Notes under the pieces: model-generated | The model's database searches: none | What the model saw: the letters and a program-made list of their open reading frames with translations, nothing else | What the model was told of the DNA's origin: nothing | In this document: positions 54,784 through 64,000 of the stretch, piece by piece | How positions within the stretch are numbered: the stretch's first letter is position 1 | How the letters are laid out: each line of letters opens with the position of its first letter | Made by a program: the position numbers and the translations under genes | From: a virus | Lineage: Duplodnaviria; Caudoviricetes | Length of the DNA: 64,000 bases | IMG/VR virus record: IMGVR_UViG_3300037076_000045 | Span: 859 to 64,858 of that record | Strand: one strand, 5' to 3'

Positions 54784-55029
54784 TTAAATTTTTCTATTTC
54801 GGTCCAAATACGAAGCCAGAAGCTCTTCGTGTATGTCAACTAAACGGTTCATAATCGGACTATTCTTAAATTGTGCCCGCATCTCTTTGAAATATTTCTT
54901 GGCTTCGTCCAATGTCTGTTCCCACGTGCCGGATCGTTTTGCAATTTCTAGGCAATCACCATCTGGAAACACGTACCCATCAACAAAAACCTCACTCCAC
55001 AATTTGTGTGCAATATCCTCTGTGTTCAT
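54784..55029 (-). CDS. Hypothetical protein
   Basis: Coupled ORF. Confidence 0.5.
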   Translation of the reverse strand: MNTEDIAHKLWSEVFVDGYVFPDGDCLEIAKRSGTWEQTLDEAKKYFKEMRAQFKNSPIMNRLVDIHEELLASYLDRNRKI

Positions 55030-55802
55030 ATCAACTGCGCCATCCATCCTTTATGCGGACCTGACGTGATCGGGGTGCCACGACTTACTGTATTTGCCAT
55101 GCTTTGTACATTCAAATTGTGTGCCACACAGAAGTGCCGCAATGACTTCACAATGTACTCCAATCCGTCAGGCGACGTGACTTTATATGACTTGGCATTC
55201 GGATGTAAATCGCCAGTCATCTTCTGAACCCGTTTCGCTATTGTCTCTGCGGATTGTTTTCTGCCTTTGCTTGCTGCTGCCATTCTCTGTCTAGTCTCTT
55301 CAGTAATCTGTTTCCCAGTGCTCCAATGGTGGTCACCGCAAATGTGGTTGTGGCTGGCACGCATCTTAGTTCGTGTTACTTCGGAGTGCTGCTTGCCAAA
55401 CATAGGATGTTGATTTCCAGTTTTTCCATACATAGGATTAAGGTCGCCAGCCACTAAATGACCTTTACCCCACATACCATGTCGTTCACCACGAAGACCA
55501 ACAACCCCGCCACCACCTTCTGTCATGTTGTATCCGTTACCGAATGTTCCCAATTTGGCAATCCATTCCATTTCTTTTCGATTCAATTCTTCGAGCGTTT
55601 CTGCGAGGTCAAGTTGTTCAATCAAAAACATTCGTTTTCCGTGTTTCCGAATCGCTTGATAAAGCACATAATGTTTTGGAGTTTTTCGATTATGTGCTGC
55701 CCACAAATGGCTGCGCCATCTCTTTTGAATGTTGGTGACTGTTTGTCCAATGTACTTCTTTCCATTCACAATATTTGTAATCTGATAGATGATGCCATAC
55801 AT
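55026..55802 (-). CDS. GIY-YIG homing endonuclease with NUMOD3 repeats
   Basis: IIYQITN.VNGKKYIGQT; GYNMTEGG; NPMYGK. Confidence 0.93.
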   Translation of the reverse strand: MYGIIYQITNIVNGKKYIGQTVTNIQKRWRSHLWAAHNRKTPKHYVLYQAIRKHGKRMFLIEQLDLAETLEELNRKEMEWIAKLGTFGNGYNMTEGGGGVVGLRGERHGMWGKGHLVAGDLNPMYGKTGNQHPMFGKQHSEVTRTKMRASHNHICGDHHWSTGKQITEETRQRMAAASKGRKQSAETIAKRVQKMTGDLHPNAKSYKVTSPDGLEYIVKSLRHFCVAHNLNVQSMANTVSRGTPITSGPHKGWMAQLI

Positions 55803-55861
55803 ACAAACTATCTATACAAATTACAAACATTGTCTGTAACTTATTGAAAAAAAAAGACTTA

Positions 55862-56440
55862 CTAAAGGTAATGCAGGTAAGTCCTCAGTACGTACTTGTC
55901 GCCTGATTGCGGATGCTCTTCGGAGTGCGGCCACGCCCACAGCGAAGGATACATTGCCAAGCGGCCTTTCTTCGGCTTGATACGAACGTTCGGGTGTGGG
56001 AAGAACGTCTCACCGCCCGTCTCCACATCGTTGAGATACCAGCACAGAGCCAAATACCGGCGTGCGCTGGAGTGCGAGTTGACATCTACATGGTAGGCAA
56101 AGTAGTCTTTCGATTCCGGCCCACCACGATACTTCTTCACACGAAAAACTTCGCAGCCAATTTCCTTGGGGAACGTGCGTACCGGAAGCTCCGACTGATA
56201 CTTGCCGACAGCAAGCTCAGTAATCTTCATCAGGACAGGTTGAATCTGTTGAGCAAAACCTTCTAGCAACGTGAGGTTTAATTCCTGGTTGCTTCGCACC
56301 GTCAACTTATCGTCGGTAGCTGCGGTCTCTAGCTCTTCAGTCACCAGTCCCGGAACCATTTCAAATTGTGCTATGAGTCCGGTACATAGATCTTCCGGCA
56401 TTGCATTCTCATAGACTTTGATGTAGTCAGTAATGAACAT
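55862..56440 (-). CDS. 2OG-Fe(II) oxygenase
   Basis: HVD, YLNDV..GGET.F, WPH and KY. Confidence 0.9.
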   Translation of the reverse strand: MFITDYIKVYENAMPEDLCTGLIAQFEMVPGLVTEELETAATDDKLTVRSNQELNLTLLEGFAQQIQPVLMKITELAVGKYQSELPVRTFPKEIGCEVFRVKKYRGGPESKDYFAYHVDVNSHSSARRYLALCWYLNDVETGGETFFPHPNVRIKPKKGRLAMYPSLWAWPHSEEHPQSGDKYVLRTYLHYL

Positions 56441-56444
56441 AGGT

Positions 56445-58094
56445 TTATGTCTGTAATTTAGCCCTTGGTTTCTGCCCTGCTGAGTATGCGCTTTGTGAAA
56501 TCTGTTTTGGCCTATACGATACCGTCTCATTCTTAGCACTACTACGGCGGCGGTCAGCTTCTTCGTCGGCAGAGTTGAATGGCCGGTCTGCGGATGGAAT
56601 GTCGATGTCGAACACAGGCTCGGTTATTTCAGCTTCCATCATTCCCGATGGACCGGAAGATGGCATTGGAGCATCGTCTTCCAACAAACTAGAAACATCA
56701 ACAGCATCATCGTCGTCAGAAAGCGGAGATGCCTTTGGTGTGGTCAACGGCCCGTTGTCATCTTGTCCTTTCTGCGCCGATTCTTCCACATTGAATAATT
56801 TCTGTTTGCTGCGATCCACACCGATAATGAACTTAGACATGATCTTGCCGGTTTCCTTGTTCCGCATGTGAATGTCGCCGTATCGGTTCTTGAGGATCTT
56901 AACCATAAACTGATTCATGTTAGCCAACTCTTCGTTGCTGATAATGGAGAACATGAAATCCGCTGTCATCGGCAGACCAAATGACTCGCTTGTGTTGGTC
57001 AAGTCCGGGTCGCTGTTGTTAAAGCCCGCCCGATTTGTTTGTGTAGCGCTCCAAACCGGCACACAGAATTCGACGGCCAGACCACGAAGTTCTTCCGCAA
57101 TGCTCTTCACAAGCTGATACATGTCTGTGCTGGCCTTCACCCGGAATGAAGAGCAAATGTTCAAATAGTCGATGAAAATTGCATCTGGTTTGAACTGCTT
57201 CTTCATTTGAAGCTCATTCAGCAAGTGCCGGAAGTGGCCCACGTGTGCGGATGCTGTCGGGTATTCTTTGATGATGAGCTTGCCTTTGGTCTTGTCGTTG
57301 ATCTTTTCGATCTGCTTCAAGTACAGTTCTTTGGACATGAAGGTAAGATCGTCCACAGGCCGGTTCATCAAGTTAGCGTCGATACGTTCGGCAATCCGCT
57401 CTTCCGCCATTTCAAGCGTGATGTACAAAACGTTCTTGCCCATCTTGAGATAGTTCGCTGACATATCACACATGAAGAGCGACTTACCAACGTTAGTTCC
57501 AGCAAGGCAAATGTTCAGTGTCTTATTCGGGACACCGTTCTTTGTGATCTTGTTGAAGTAATCGAGATGGAATGGAATGCGGCTGTCGGCTTTGTGATAA
57601 AACTCGAATCGCTCTTCGGCGTCTTCAAGAAAGTCGTGGCCTACATGCGGGTCGAACGAGACAGCGAGGGCGTCCTGAAACATCTTCGGAATCATGCCCC
57701 TATTCCGCTTCTTGTCTTTGCCGTCCAGAATGAGAACGACTTCCGTGGCTGCGATGTAGAAGGCTTGCGTCTGGCACCATTCTTCCGTGCGCTCGATCAG
57801 CCAATTGATGTCTGGCTTGTCGTCCTTCTCTGCTTCCAGGCTGTTGAGGTAATTTACGTACTTGTCCAAATCATCTTGGTCGATGCCGGGAGTGTCGGTT
57901 AGATCAATGATGATGGCTTCCTTCGTCGGCAGCGTGTTGTACTTTTCGATGAATTCCTTGATACGGATGAAGATCGTGCGCTCTACTCGGTCGTTCAACG
58001 TAAAGTATTCTTCGAGGATGAACGGAAGAACCCGGCGCATGTAGTCGTCATCGTACATGAGACCACGTAGTATGATTGATTCAACTCTATCCAT
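56445..58094 (-). CDS. gp41: Replicative helicase gp41 with acidic C-terminal extension
   Basis: LAGTNVGKSL, LEMAEE.IAERIDAN, IKEYPT, IAEELRG, SATQT.R and TSESFGLP. Confidence 0.97.
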   Translation of the reverse strand: MDRVESIILRGLMYDDDYMRRVLPFILEEYFTLNDRVERTIFIRIKEFIEKYNTLPTKEAIIIDLTDTPGIDQDDLDKYVNYLNSLEAEKDDKPDINWLIERTEEWCQTQAFYIAATEVVLILDGKDKKRNRGMIPKMFQDALAVSFDPHVGHDFLEDAEERFEFYHKADSRIPFHLDYFNKITKNGVPNKTLNICLAGTNVGKSLFMCDMSANYLKMGKNVLYITLEMAEERIAERIDANLMNRPVDDLTFMSKELYLKQIEKINDKTKGKLIIKEYPTASAHVGHFRHLLNELQMKKQFKPDAIFIDYLNICSSFRVKASTDMYQLVKSIAEELRGLAVEFCVPVWSATQTNRAGFNNSDPDLTNTSESFGLPMTADFMFSIISNEELANMNQFMVKILKNRYGDIHMRNKETGKIMSKFIIGVDRSKQKLFNVEESAQKGQDDNGPLTTPKASPLSDDDDAVDVSSLLEDDAPMPSSGPSGMMEAEITEPVFDIDIPSADRPFNSADEEADRRRSSAKNETVSYRPKQISQSAYSAGQKPRAKLQT

Positions 58095-58097
58095 TTG

Positions 58098-58613
58098 CTA
58101 TGCTCGTTGCCAAACACCATTTTGCAAAATGTAGAACTTGCACAAGCTCTTTTCTACTTTGAAGAACGGTTCTTGTCGTGTTCCAAACCTCGTGTCTTTT
58201 GGCTTTGTTCCTGCGGCAAGTACATTCTTCATCGCTGTCATACAGATAGCATCATATGTGCAGTTACACATAATGAACAGATCGGCTTTGCTCTTTTTCT
58301 TACGTTTGGAAACATCTACCGTGTTATAGATTCGGCCTTCTGGACAGTTTTTAGACACAACTAAAAACGTTCCGTCTGTTGAAATCCACCCGATTTTGCG
58401 TTCCGCTTCGACAGCCAACGTCTTGTCTTCATACTGAATAAGATAATCCCAATCACCAAAACGATTTGGTTGTTCATCAATCGGCACATCAAGATGACAC
58501 TTATGGTCAATTTGTAGCAAAAATTCTGCCGAAATTTGCTTACTCAGGGGATCGTTCTCATTGTTATCTTTTTCTGAGTAATCTTTATGTTGTCCTTCTT
58601 CGTAGTAACTCAC
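58098..58613 (-). CDS. PD-(D/E)xK-like nuclease
   Basis: WDYL...AVEAERK..W. Confidence 0.55.
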   Translation of the reverse strand: MSYYEEGQHKDYSEKDNNENDPLSKQISAEFLLQIDHKCHLDVPIDEQPNRFGDWDYLIQYEDKTLAVEAERKIGWISTDGTFLVVSKNCPEGRIYNTVDVSKRKKKSKADLFIMCNCTYDAICMTAMKNVLAAGTKPKDTRFGTRQEPFFKVEKSLCKFYILQNGVWQRA

Positions 58614-58921
58614 TCTCCCTTCTCCTGGTCGGCCTTCACGAACACCGGCCCCTTCTGTAGTTCCTTCTCTAAAATCGCCATGAAGACATTCCGCAGAACG
58701 CCTATGAAATCTTCTGTCTCGGTAAGCGCCCGGTCGAAGCCTTCCGGGATGTCGGTCACTTGATAATCAAACTTGATCTCTTGCTGGCCGTTGTTGTCAA
58801 CGATCTGAAATTGTTTGGCGATGATGGCTTCGACGCCGCCATACTGCGGATGAATCAACCGGACCTTGCAATACGGTTCACTGTCCACATATTCAAACGT
58901 GGAAAAATACTGTTCGTACAT
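58610..58921 (-). CDS. Conserved small T4-like protein (gp40 position)
   Basis: Y.GV......IKFDY.V...F...L..VF..IL. Confidence 0.65.
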   Translation of the reverse strand: MYEQYFSTFEYVDSEPYCKVRLIHPQYGGVEAIIAKQFQIVDNNGQQEIKFDYQVTDIPEGFDRALTETEDFIGVLRNVFMAILEKELQKGPVFVKADQEKGE

Positions 58922-58931
58922 TGCTACCTCA

Positions 58932-59411
58932 TTAGACCACGGAACTGGATTTTGTCAATGCTTGTGCTAAACGCAGCACATCTGCGTGCGTTGAATCTTG
59001 TTTGGCCCGGTTGTAAATCCACACAACCAATTTCACATTTTCTTTCGTGTATCCTTGAACCGGGTCTGTTCGATCTAAGGAAGGTGCAAATGGTTGTTGA
59101 CTTCCTGCTCCCCATTTTCCGGTATTACGGCTTTCTAACACAAATGGAATCTTGCTTATCTCACATGTACCTCGTTCCAACTTTTCTTGTATCCATTCTT
59201 GCGTGATCGTCAACTTTAGATTCTTTTTTCTGGCAGATTGTCGGGCGGAATTCAATAGTGTATGAGCACGATATGGTATGGTACTCCGTTTCTTTCGATT
59301 TTTAGCAGCATGATAATCACTAAACCTGCGCCGCTCATCTTCCGTCATCGGCAACTTCAATTTCTGTTTTCTAAAAATACTCAACTCTTGAGGGTCTTTT
59401 CTTCTTCCCAT
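58932..59411 (-). CDS. HNH-like endonuclease
   Basis: GTCEISKIPF...PFAPSLDR.DP..GY...NVKLV...YN.AK. Confidence 0.8.
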   Translation of the reverse strand: MGRRKDPQELSIFRKQKLKLPMTEDERRRFSDYHAAKNRKKRSTIPYRAHTLLNSARQSARKKNLKLTITQEWIQEKLERGTCEISKIPFVLESRNTGKWGAGSQQPFAPSLDRTDPVQGYTKENVKLVVWIYNRAKQDSTHADVLRLAQALTKSSSVV

Positions 59412-59444
59412 GATTGAATCTCCTGATGATTCAATCGTATTTAG
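59412..59444 (-). promoter_or_regulatory. Late promoter with SD-occluding hairpin
   Basis: CTAAATA-C-GATTGAATC-ATCAGGA-GATTCAATC-ATG. Confidence 0.75.
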
Positions 59445-62101
59445 TCAAACCACTTCGACAACGATGCTCTCGGCTGAGTATCCCATCCAATAGCCGACAA
59501 AATCAATTGAAGAGGTTCAATAAAACTTTTGTCGAATTGGGTTTCCCAATCAATATACTGGTGCATTCCAAATTCCTGTGGCATCGCCGTAAGGAAGGCC
59601 ATTGCGTTCGTGCCCACCGGATTTGGTTCCAGAAGGTAGAAGAATTTCATCTTCTCGCCGTCTTTGATTTTGGGGTATTTACTCTCCAGGCCCATCGTGT
59701 CGATCAGATGGTTATAGACCAAAACTCCCCTGGTATGGAACGGCGTACCCTTAATGTAGATAGTCTTCTTGTTGCCGTACTTTTCCAACCCATTGACACC
59801 ACGAGGAAAACTGACAAGTTCAATTGGCTGTTGTTTGAATTTCAGCTTGGTATCGGCCACGAACTTGAACAACGTCTCCTGGTCCTTCTCCATGACAATG
59901 GCGACGGCTTCCTTCATCGCTTCCCTACAGAACTTCGGCACGGATGACTTGGCGATTTCTACACCCATGTATTTCAACTTCGCCACTTCAAAATACGAGA
60001 CGCCCGTAACTGGATCGGAGCGTATTCCTTCTGAGTCACGAACGTTGATAAGGTAACGCTTCTTAGCCGTCCAGATACCCTTATCACCAATGACTTCACG
60101 GTTCATAAGAAGGTATGTTCCGACGCCATTTAAGTACTGCTCTGTTATAACCCGGAATAGACGATTGATTTCCTTCTGGATGGACTCCTTACAAAGATTG
60201 TCAACGAAGTCAACTTTCTCTGCCATCGTACCGTTCGAGCAGAAACGGTCCACCACCGTCTTGAGTGTGACATACACCGAATCTGTATCGCTGTAGACCA
60301 CCCAACGTTGATCGGTCTTCAGTCTCCGATTCAAGTAAGAGTCGATTCCACGAGCGATGTATTGAATGATGAACTGACCAGTGGTAGTTACAGCTTCCGC
60401 ATTTTTCACGTCGAAGAAACGGAAGTATTGGTTGCCCATAGCGCCGTACAAACTATTCAACATGATCTTAGTAGCGTGTTGTTTCAGATCGTAGATGGAG
60501 ACTTGTGTCTCTAGCTCTGCTTTCTGAACAGCATAGTTCGCTTCGTGTTCATGCTCGTTCAGTGCAGACAGAGCCTTCTTCGCCTTCTTCATCTTGTCTT
60601 TGTAGTCCAGGCGATTGTTAAACAGTTCTTCAATCATGACCGAATAGAACGACTTCGGTTCACGCCGGTAGAAGACCGCATTTGCACCAACGGCAATATC
60701 TTCATCATAAAAGTGCTGAATCAAATCGCCGGTCAGTGCTGTTGTAATGACATCCGGGTTGACGTTGAGCTTGCCTTCTTCGTCGGCCACCATCAGATTG
60801 GAATTGATGAAGTTCTGATAGTTCCGCATTTGCGGCGTCATCTCATTGTGTGTGAGCTTGGTCTCCATGCCCATGTTCAAAGTACGCATGATGGTCGGAT
60901 ACAGAGATTGCACATCGAACGATACGACCCATTCAAACAGTCCTGGCGTCGGCTTCATGACGAATGCGCCCGTGAACTGTGCATCTTTGTCCACGTCGGT
61001 CTTCTGCGGAACTACCACACCTTGCGCCAACAGGTGATTGCAAATGAGTGTGTCCCACGTGCGTACCTGCGAGAGCACGTCCACATAGTTGACATGAGCA
61101 TGGTAGGCCACGATCATTTGAAGTTCGATCAATTTGCGCTTGGCGTCAATGCGATCCACTAATCTAACGTCGTGGATGTTATACTCGATAAATTTCTTGA
61201 AGTCGTTTTCATACAGCGCTTGTAAGCTGCCATGTTCGCTGTAATCGAGCTTACGTTCCTTCAATTCCACTTCAGCGATGTAATCGAGCCTATAGCTTTC
61301 TCGTGGTTCCAAGACGTTCTTGCGATAGATCAGCAAGTAGTCGAGCACGGAAAGACCGGCCACATCGTAGACCACTTCAGCTTTATTGAAGATATTCACC
61401 GTGGATTCTCTGATTGTGTTCCACGGGGAAAGACGGTTGGCGTCGTCTGGCGTCATAATCCTGGAGATGCGATTGATGAGGTATGGAATATCGTACATGC
61501 GAATATTCCAGCCGGTGACAATATCCGGCTCCAGGGTCTCCCACAGGTCCAAAAATTTGTCAAACAGTTCAAGCTCGTCGGCACACTGATGGTAAACAAT
61601 GACCGTATCTTTGTGCTCTTCGTTGTAGGCGAAATCATCGAATGGCTGGCACGCAAAGACGTGGAAGATGCCATCGACAGAGTTCTTAATCGTGATGGCC
61701 TGGACTTCATTTAGAGCGTCTTTAGCTTCGGAGAATCCCTGTTTAGATTCTACTTCGATGTCAAGATTGACGAGTACAATCTCGTTAGACTTATACTCGA
61801 TATGTGTGGGATATGTTTCGTTGATGTAGGCGTATTCGTAAGCGGTGTTGCCGTAAACACGAAAGTTATCTACCCCTTTGTACTTCTGGAGGAACTGATA
61901 GCAATCCTGCATGTTCCCCGGCTGAGTTGGTTCTACTGCTGTGCCGTCAGGGGCGTGCAGCGTAGATTGTCTGGTTGTGGTAGTATAAAGAGTGGGTTTG
62001 TACTCGGTTTTGAATTTTCGGCGTTTGCCATCTCGGACTTCTCTTACATAGAGGAACTTTCCTGCTCTGTAAACGTTTGTGTAGTATTTGCGAACATCCA
62101 T
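59441..62101 (-). CDS. gp43: Family B DNA polymerase gp43
   Basis: DIEV, GWN...YD, SFDVQSLYP, KIMLNSLYG, YSDTDS and KKRY. Confidence 0.98.
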   Translation of the reverse strand: MDVRKYYTNVYRAGKFLYVREVRDGKRRKFKTEYKPTLYTTTTRQSTLHAPDGTAVEPTQPGNMQDCYQFLQKYKGVDNFRVYGNTAYEYAYINETYPTHIEYKSNEIVLVNLDIEVESKQGFSEAKDALNEVQAITIKNSVDGIFHVFACQPFDDFAYNEEHKDTVIVYHQCADELELFDKFLDLWETLEPDIVTGWNIRMYDIPYLINRISRIMTPDDANRLSPWNTIRESTVNIFNKAEVVYDVAGLSVLDYLLIYRKNVLEPRESYRLDYIAEVELKERKLDYSEHGSLQALYENDFKKFIEYNIHDVRLVDRIDAKRKLIELQMIVAYHAHVNYVDVLSQVRTWDTLICNHLLAQGVVVPQKTDVDKDAQFTGAFVMKPTPGLFEWVVSFDVQSLYPTIMRTLNMGMETKLTHNEMTPQMRNYQNFINSNLMVADEEGKLNVNPDVITTALTGDLIQHFYDEDIAVGANAVFYRREPKSFYSVMIEELFNNRLDYKDKMKKAKKALSALNEHEHEANYAVQKAELETQVSIYDLKQHATKIMLNSLYGAMGNQYFRFFDVKNAEAVTTTGQFIIQYIARGIDSYLNRRLKTDQRWVVYSDTDSVYVTLKTVVDRFCSNGTMAEKVDFVDNLCKESIQKEINRLFRVITEQYLNGVGTYLLMNREVIGDKGIWTAKKRYLINVRDSEGIRSDPVTGVSYFEVAKLKYMGVEIAKSSVPKFCREAMKEAVAIVMEKDQETLFKFVADTKLKFKQQPIELVSFPRGVNGLEKYGNKKTIYIKGTPFHTRGVLVYNHLIDTMGLESKYPKIKDGEKMKFFYLLEPNPVGTNAMAFLTAMPQEFGMHQYIDWETQFDKSFIEPLQLILSAIGWDTQPRASLSKWFD

Positions 62102-62200
62102 GAGGTCTCGTTGAAACTTTGATTACCAGTCTACCACCGATCCCGAATCCGTCAAGTCGGACGGACTTGCCAAAATCCAAAGGTGTGATAGGCTAGTAAC

Positions 62201-62686
62201 GTGCTGGAAATCGGTTCTATTTATTGTGACATGGATCAGGTGCTTGTCAACTTCCTTGGCGGTGGCCGCAAGGCTCTTGGCCGGGAAATCAACGACCTTG
62301 GCCTGGACAACGACAGGTGGCCGATTCTCATTAACGAGTTCCCTACATTCTGGTTGGATTTGGAATGGATGCCGAATGCCCAAAAAATTTGGGAGCGCAT
62401 TCACAAAAAAGACGTGTTCATTTTGACGGCGTGCCCGCCCGTAGATCTAAACCCCGTCGCCGGTCCACAGAAAAAGCAGTGGTGTGAACGTGAGCTTGGT
62501 ATTTCACCGAATCGGGTCATCACGGTTCAAGATCGAAAAGGAAAATTGAAATATTCCGGCAATGGAAATCTCATTATTGATGACCACCTTGCGACCATTA
62601 TGGATTGGTGCGCCATTGGTGGGCAAGCGATCCATCACCATACAGTTCCCGAAACGATTATGCAGCTACGACAGTTTGGATTATAG
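62201..62686 (+). CDS. HAD-family 5'(3')-deoxyribonucleotidase
   Basis: CDMDQVL, ILTA, KKQW and IIDD; leaderless GTG after TTGCCA-16-TAGGCT. Confidence 0.88.
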   Translation: MLEIGSIYCDMDQVLVNFLGGGRKALGREINDLGLDNDRWPILINEFPTFWLDLEWMPNAQKIWERIHKKDVFILTACPPVDLNPVAGPQKKQWCERELGISPNRVITVQDRKGKLKYSGNGNLIIDDHLATIMDWCAIGGQAIHHHTVPETIMQLRQFGL

Positions 62687-63092
62687 AATCCGATTCTCGG
62701 AGCAATTGCAACAGCCCTTTGTGAAACTTCGATGACCGATTTTGAACGATGGTTTGGATCTGTTCGTAAGGCATCCACTCCAGGTAGCTGGTTTCCCAGG
62801 CAAACTCTTCGGGTGGATCGAACGTAAAGGCCGTAGGAACGATTCCAATGAAGTTGTGGTACTGGAAGCCTCGGAGACGGCAAACGAAGGCTTGGTGAAG
62901 CTCTATTGGCCCGGAGTAGCCAGTTTCTTCGGCAAGCTCCAGTAGTGCGCTGTCTTCCGGCGACCTACCGGCCTTGCACATACCGCCAATGACACCCCAA
63001 CGGTTGCCTTCTCGCACTTTCGGGGAGCGCCACGCCAAGCAAATTTTTCGGGTGTCGGCTGCGATGGGGAGAATGCCGCTGGCTAGATTCAT
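62658..63092 (-). CDS. NUDIX hydrolase
   Basis: WGVIGG.......SALLELAEETG. Confidence 0.88.
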   Translation of the reverse strand: MNLASGILPIAADTRKICLAWRSPKVREGNRWGVIGGMCKAGRSPEDSALLELAEETGYSGPIELHQAFVCRLRGFQYHNFIGIVPTAFTFDPPEEFAWETSYLEWMPYEQIQTIVQNRSSKFHKGLLQLLRESDSIIQTVVAA

Positions 63093-63685
63093 CGGTCAAA
63101 CCGCTTCTTCATTTCAGCATCAATTTGGACAATATCGAATACATCGCTCGGATGACGTTCGTGCCGAAGTTGAACATCTCTCCAGGCTTCATCTGTATCC
63201 TCGAATTCTCCACAGCTTACTATTGAAAATTCATTGACTATATTGGCAAATGCGTGGTAGCCGTTGAATCCACCCCGTTGAAATTTTGAGGACCAATTGA
63301 GTTTGCTTGTGCCGTCCACCCATACGATAGATGCGGCTTCTCCCCATTGATGCCATGACATACCGGGAAGAATGTCTGTGACGATGTTAGTTCCTTGCGG
63401 TTGGGCATGGCGCATACAGTCGGCCAGATATGGAGCCTTAGCATTTTCAAGTGCCAAGACTTTCAACTCGGCGTCAGTACGTGTTCTGCCTTGTTTCCAC
63501 AAAGACGCCTGTTCCAACGGAGAGACGACTGTAGAAAGAACCTCTATGATAAGCCTTTGTGCTTTGGCGTTAGCAATAGCTTTGATTAGCTGTTTGCGAA
63601 AATCTGGTGTGAGTAATGAGAGTTCTGCGGCCACGTACCTATTTAGTCGCCGTAGACAGGACTGCGTTCCTCTGTAATCACCCAC
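63089..63685 (-). CDS. Peptidase M15-like protein with degenerate active site
   Basis: SP.EQ..LW.QGRT and PG.SWHQWGEA. Confidence 0.7.
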   Translation of the reverse strand: MGDYRGTQSCLRRLNRYVAAELSLLTPDFRKQLIKAIANAKAQRLIIEVLSTVVSPLEQASLWKQGRTRTDAELKVLALENAKAPYLADCMRHAQPQGTNIVTDILPGMSWHQWGEAASIVWVDGTSKLNWSSKFQRGGFNGYHAFANIVNEFSIVSCGEFEDTDEAWRDVQLRHERHPSDVFDIVQIDAEMKKRFDR

Positions 63686-63912
63686 TTGTAGAGGCTTCTG
63701 AGATCGGCATCGGAAAGATCTTCAAGTGTTGCGTATGCGCCAGTGACCCGATTGACTGCGGAAGCGCAAAAGATAATCTGAAAATCGTTGCATTCGCCGC
63801 CAACTAGATCTTTTGCCGCATCACGGATGGCAAGAATACAGAGTTTCTTTTCGAGCGACCCCATGCGAGGATCATAACCCTCATACGGTCTCATACAGGC
63901 TTGACTCCCCAT
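63643..63912 (-). CDS. Hypothetical protein
   Basis: 89 aa ORF in a run. Confidence 0.5.
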   Translation of the reverse strand: MGSQACMRPYEGYDPRMGSLEKKLCILAIRDAAKDLVGGECNDFQIIFCASAVNRVTGAYATLEDLSDADLRSLYKWVITEERSPVYGD

Positions 63913-64000
63913 CCAAGTTTCTTCCGCAAAATCTGGAAGTATGTGTCGAGCGGATTCACAGTTTCGATGGTGTGTGCGTTGTAAGAAACATCGACGGCAC

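Noticed and set aside
55847-55855. A9 run
   Set aside because: Intergenic; likely the U-tract for minus-strand termination, not a recoding site
55862-56440. DNA-modification role for the 2OG-Fe(II) oxygenase
   Set aside because: Prolyl-hydroxylase-like type common in T4-like phages; no modification genes adjacent
1-64000. CRISPR array, reverse transcriptase/DGR, integrase, introns or inteins
   Set aside because: No regularly spaced repeats or RT/integrase motifs seen; gp43, gp41, nrdJ and thyX are uninterrupted
1-64000. Stop-codon reassignment
   Set aside because: Core genes are full length in the standard code and no suppressor tRNA is present

Overview
A 64-kb segment of a large T4-like myovirus genome; the host cannot be named from the sequence. 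It holds the head module (gp21 protease, gp22 scaffold, gp23 capsid) and replication or nucleotide genes (gp43, gp41, gp61, RNase H, class II NrdJ, ThyX). It also has about 11 free-standing homing endonucleases, many small early genes and 12 tRNA genes restricted to Arg, Lys, Ile and Val. Highlights: (1) the tRNA array is preceded by structured RNA and an unannotated 16-codon leader ORF (MTRTRRITIRRDKRKR), built mostly from Arg/Ile/Lys codons and sitting in two mutually exclusive hairpins. This suggests a translational sensor of tRNA depletion. (2) Several tRNAs are structurally atypical: class-II Arg-ACG and Ile-UAU, and D-loop insertions. (3) Several late proteins carry T4-like capsid-targeting leaders and modular cargo (Acb1-like phosphodiesterase plus ParB-like domain, SprT protease, His-rich modules); one has two A9 slippery sites. 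(4) A small alarmone synthetase converges on the Acb1-ParB gene. (5) Leaderless promoter-ATG architecture is pervasive, and a palindromic operator recurs at promoters. All family calls come from motif recognition by eye; no database search or folding program was run.
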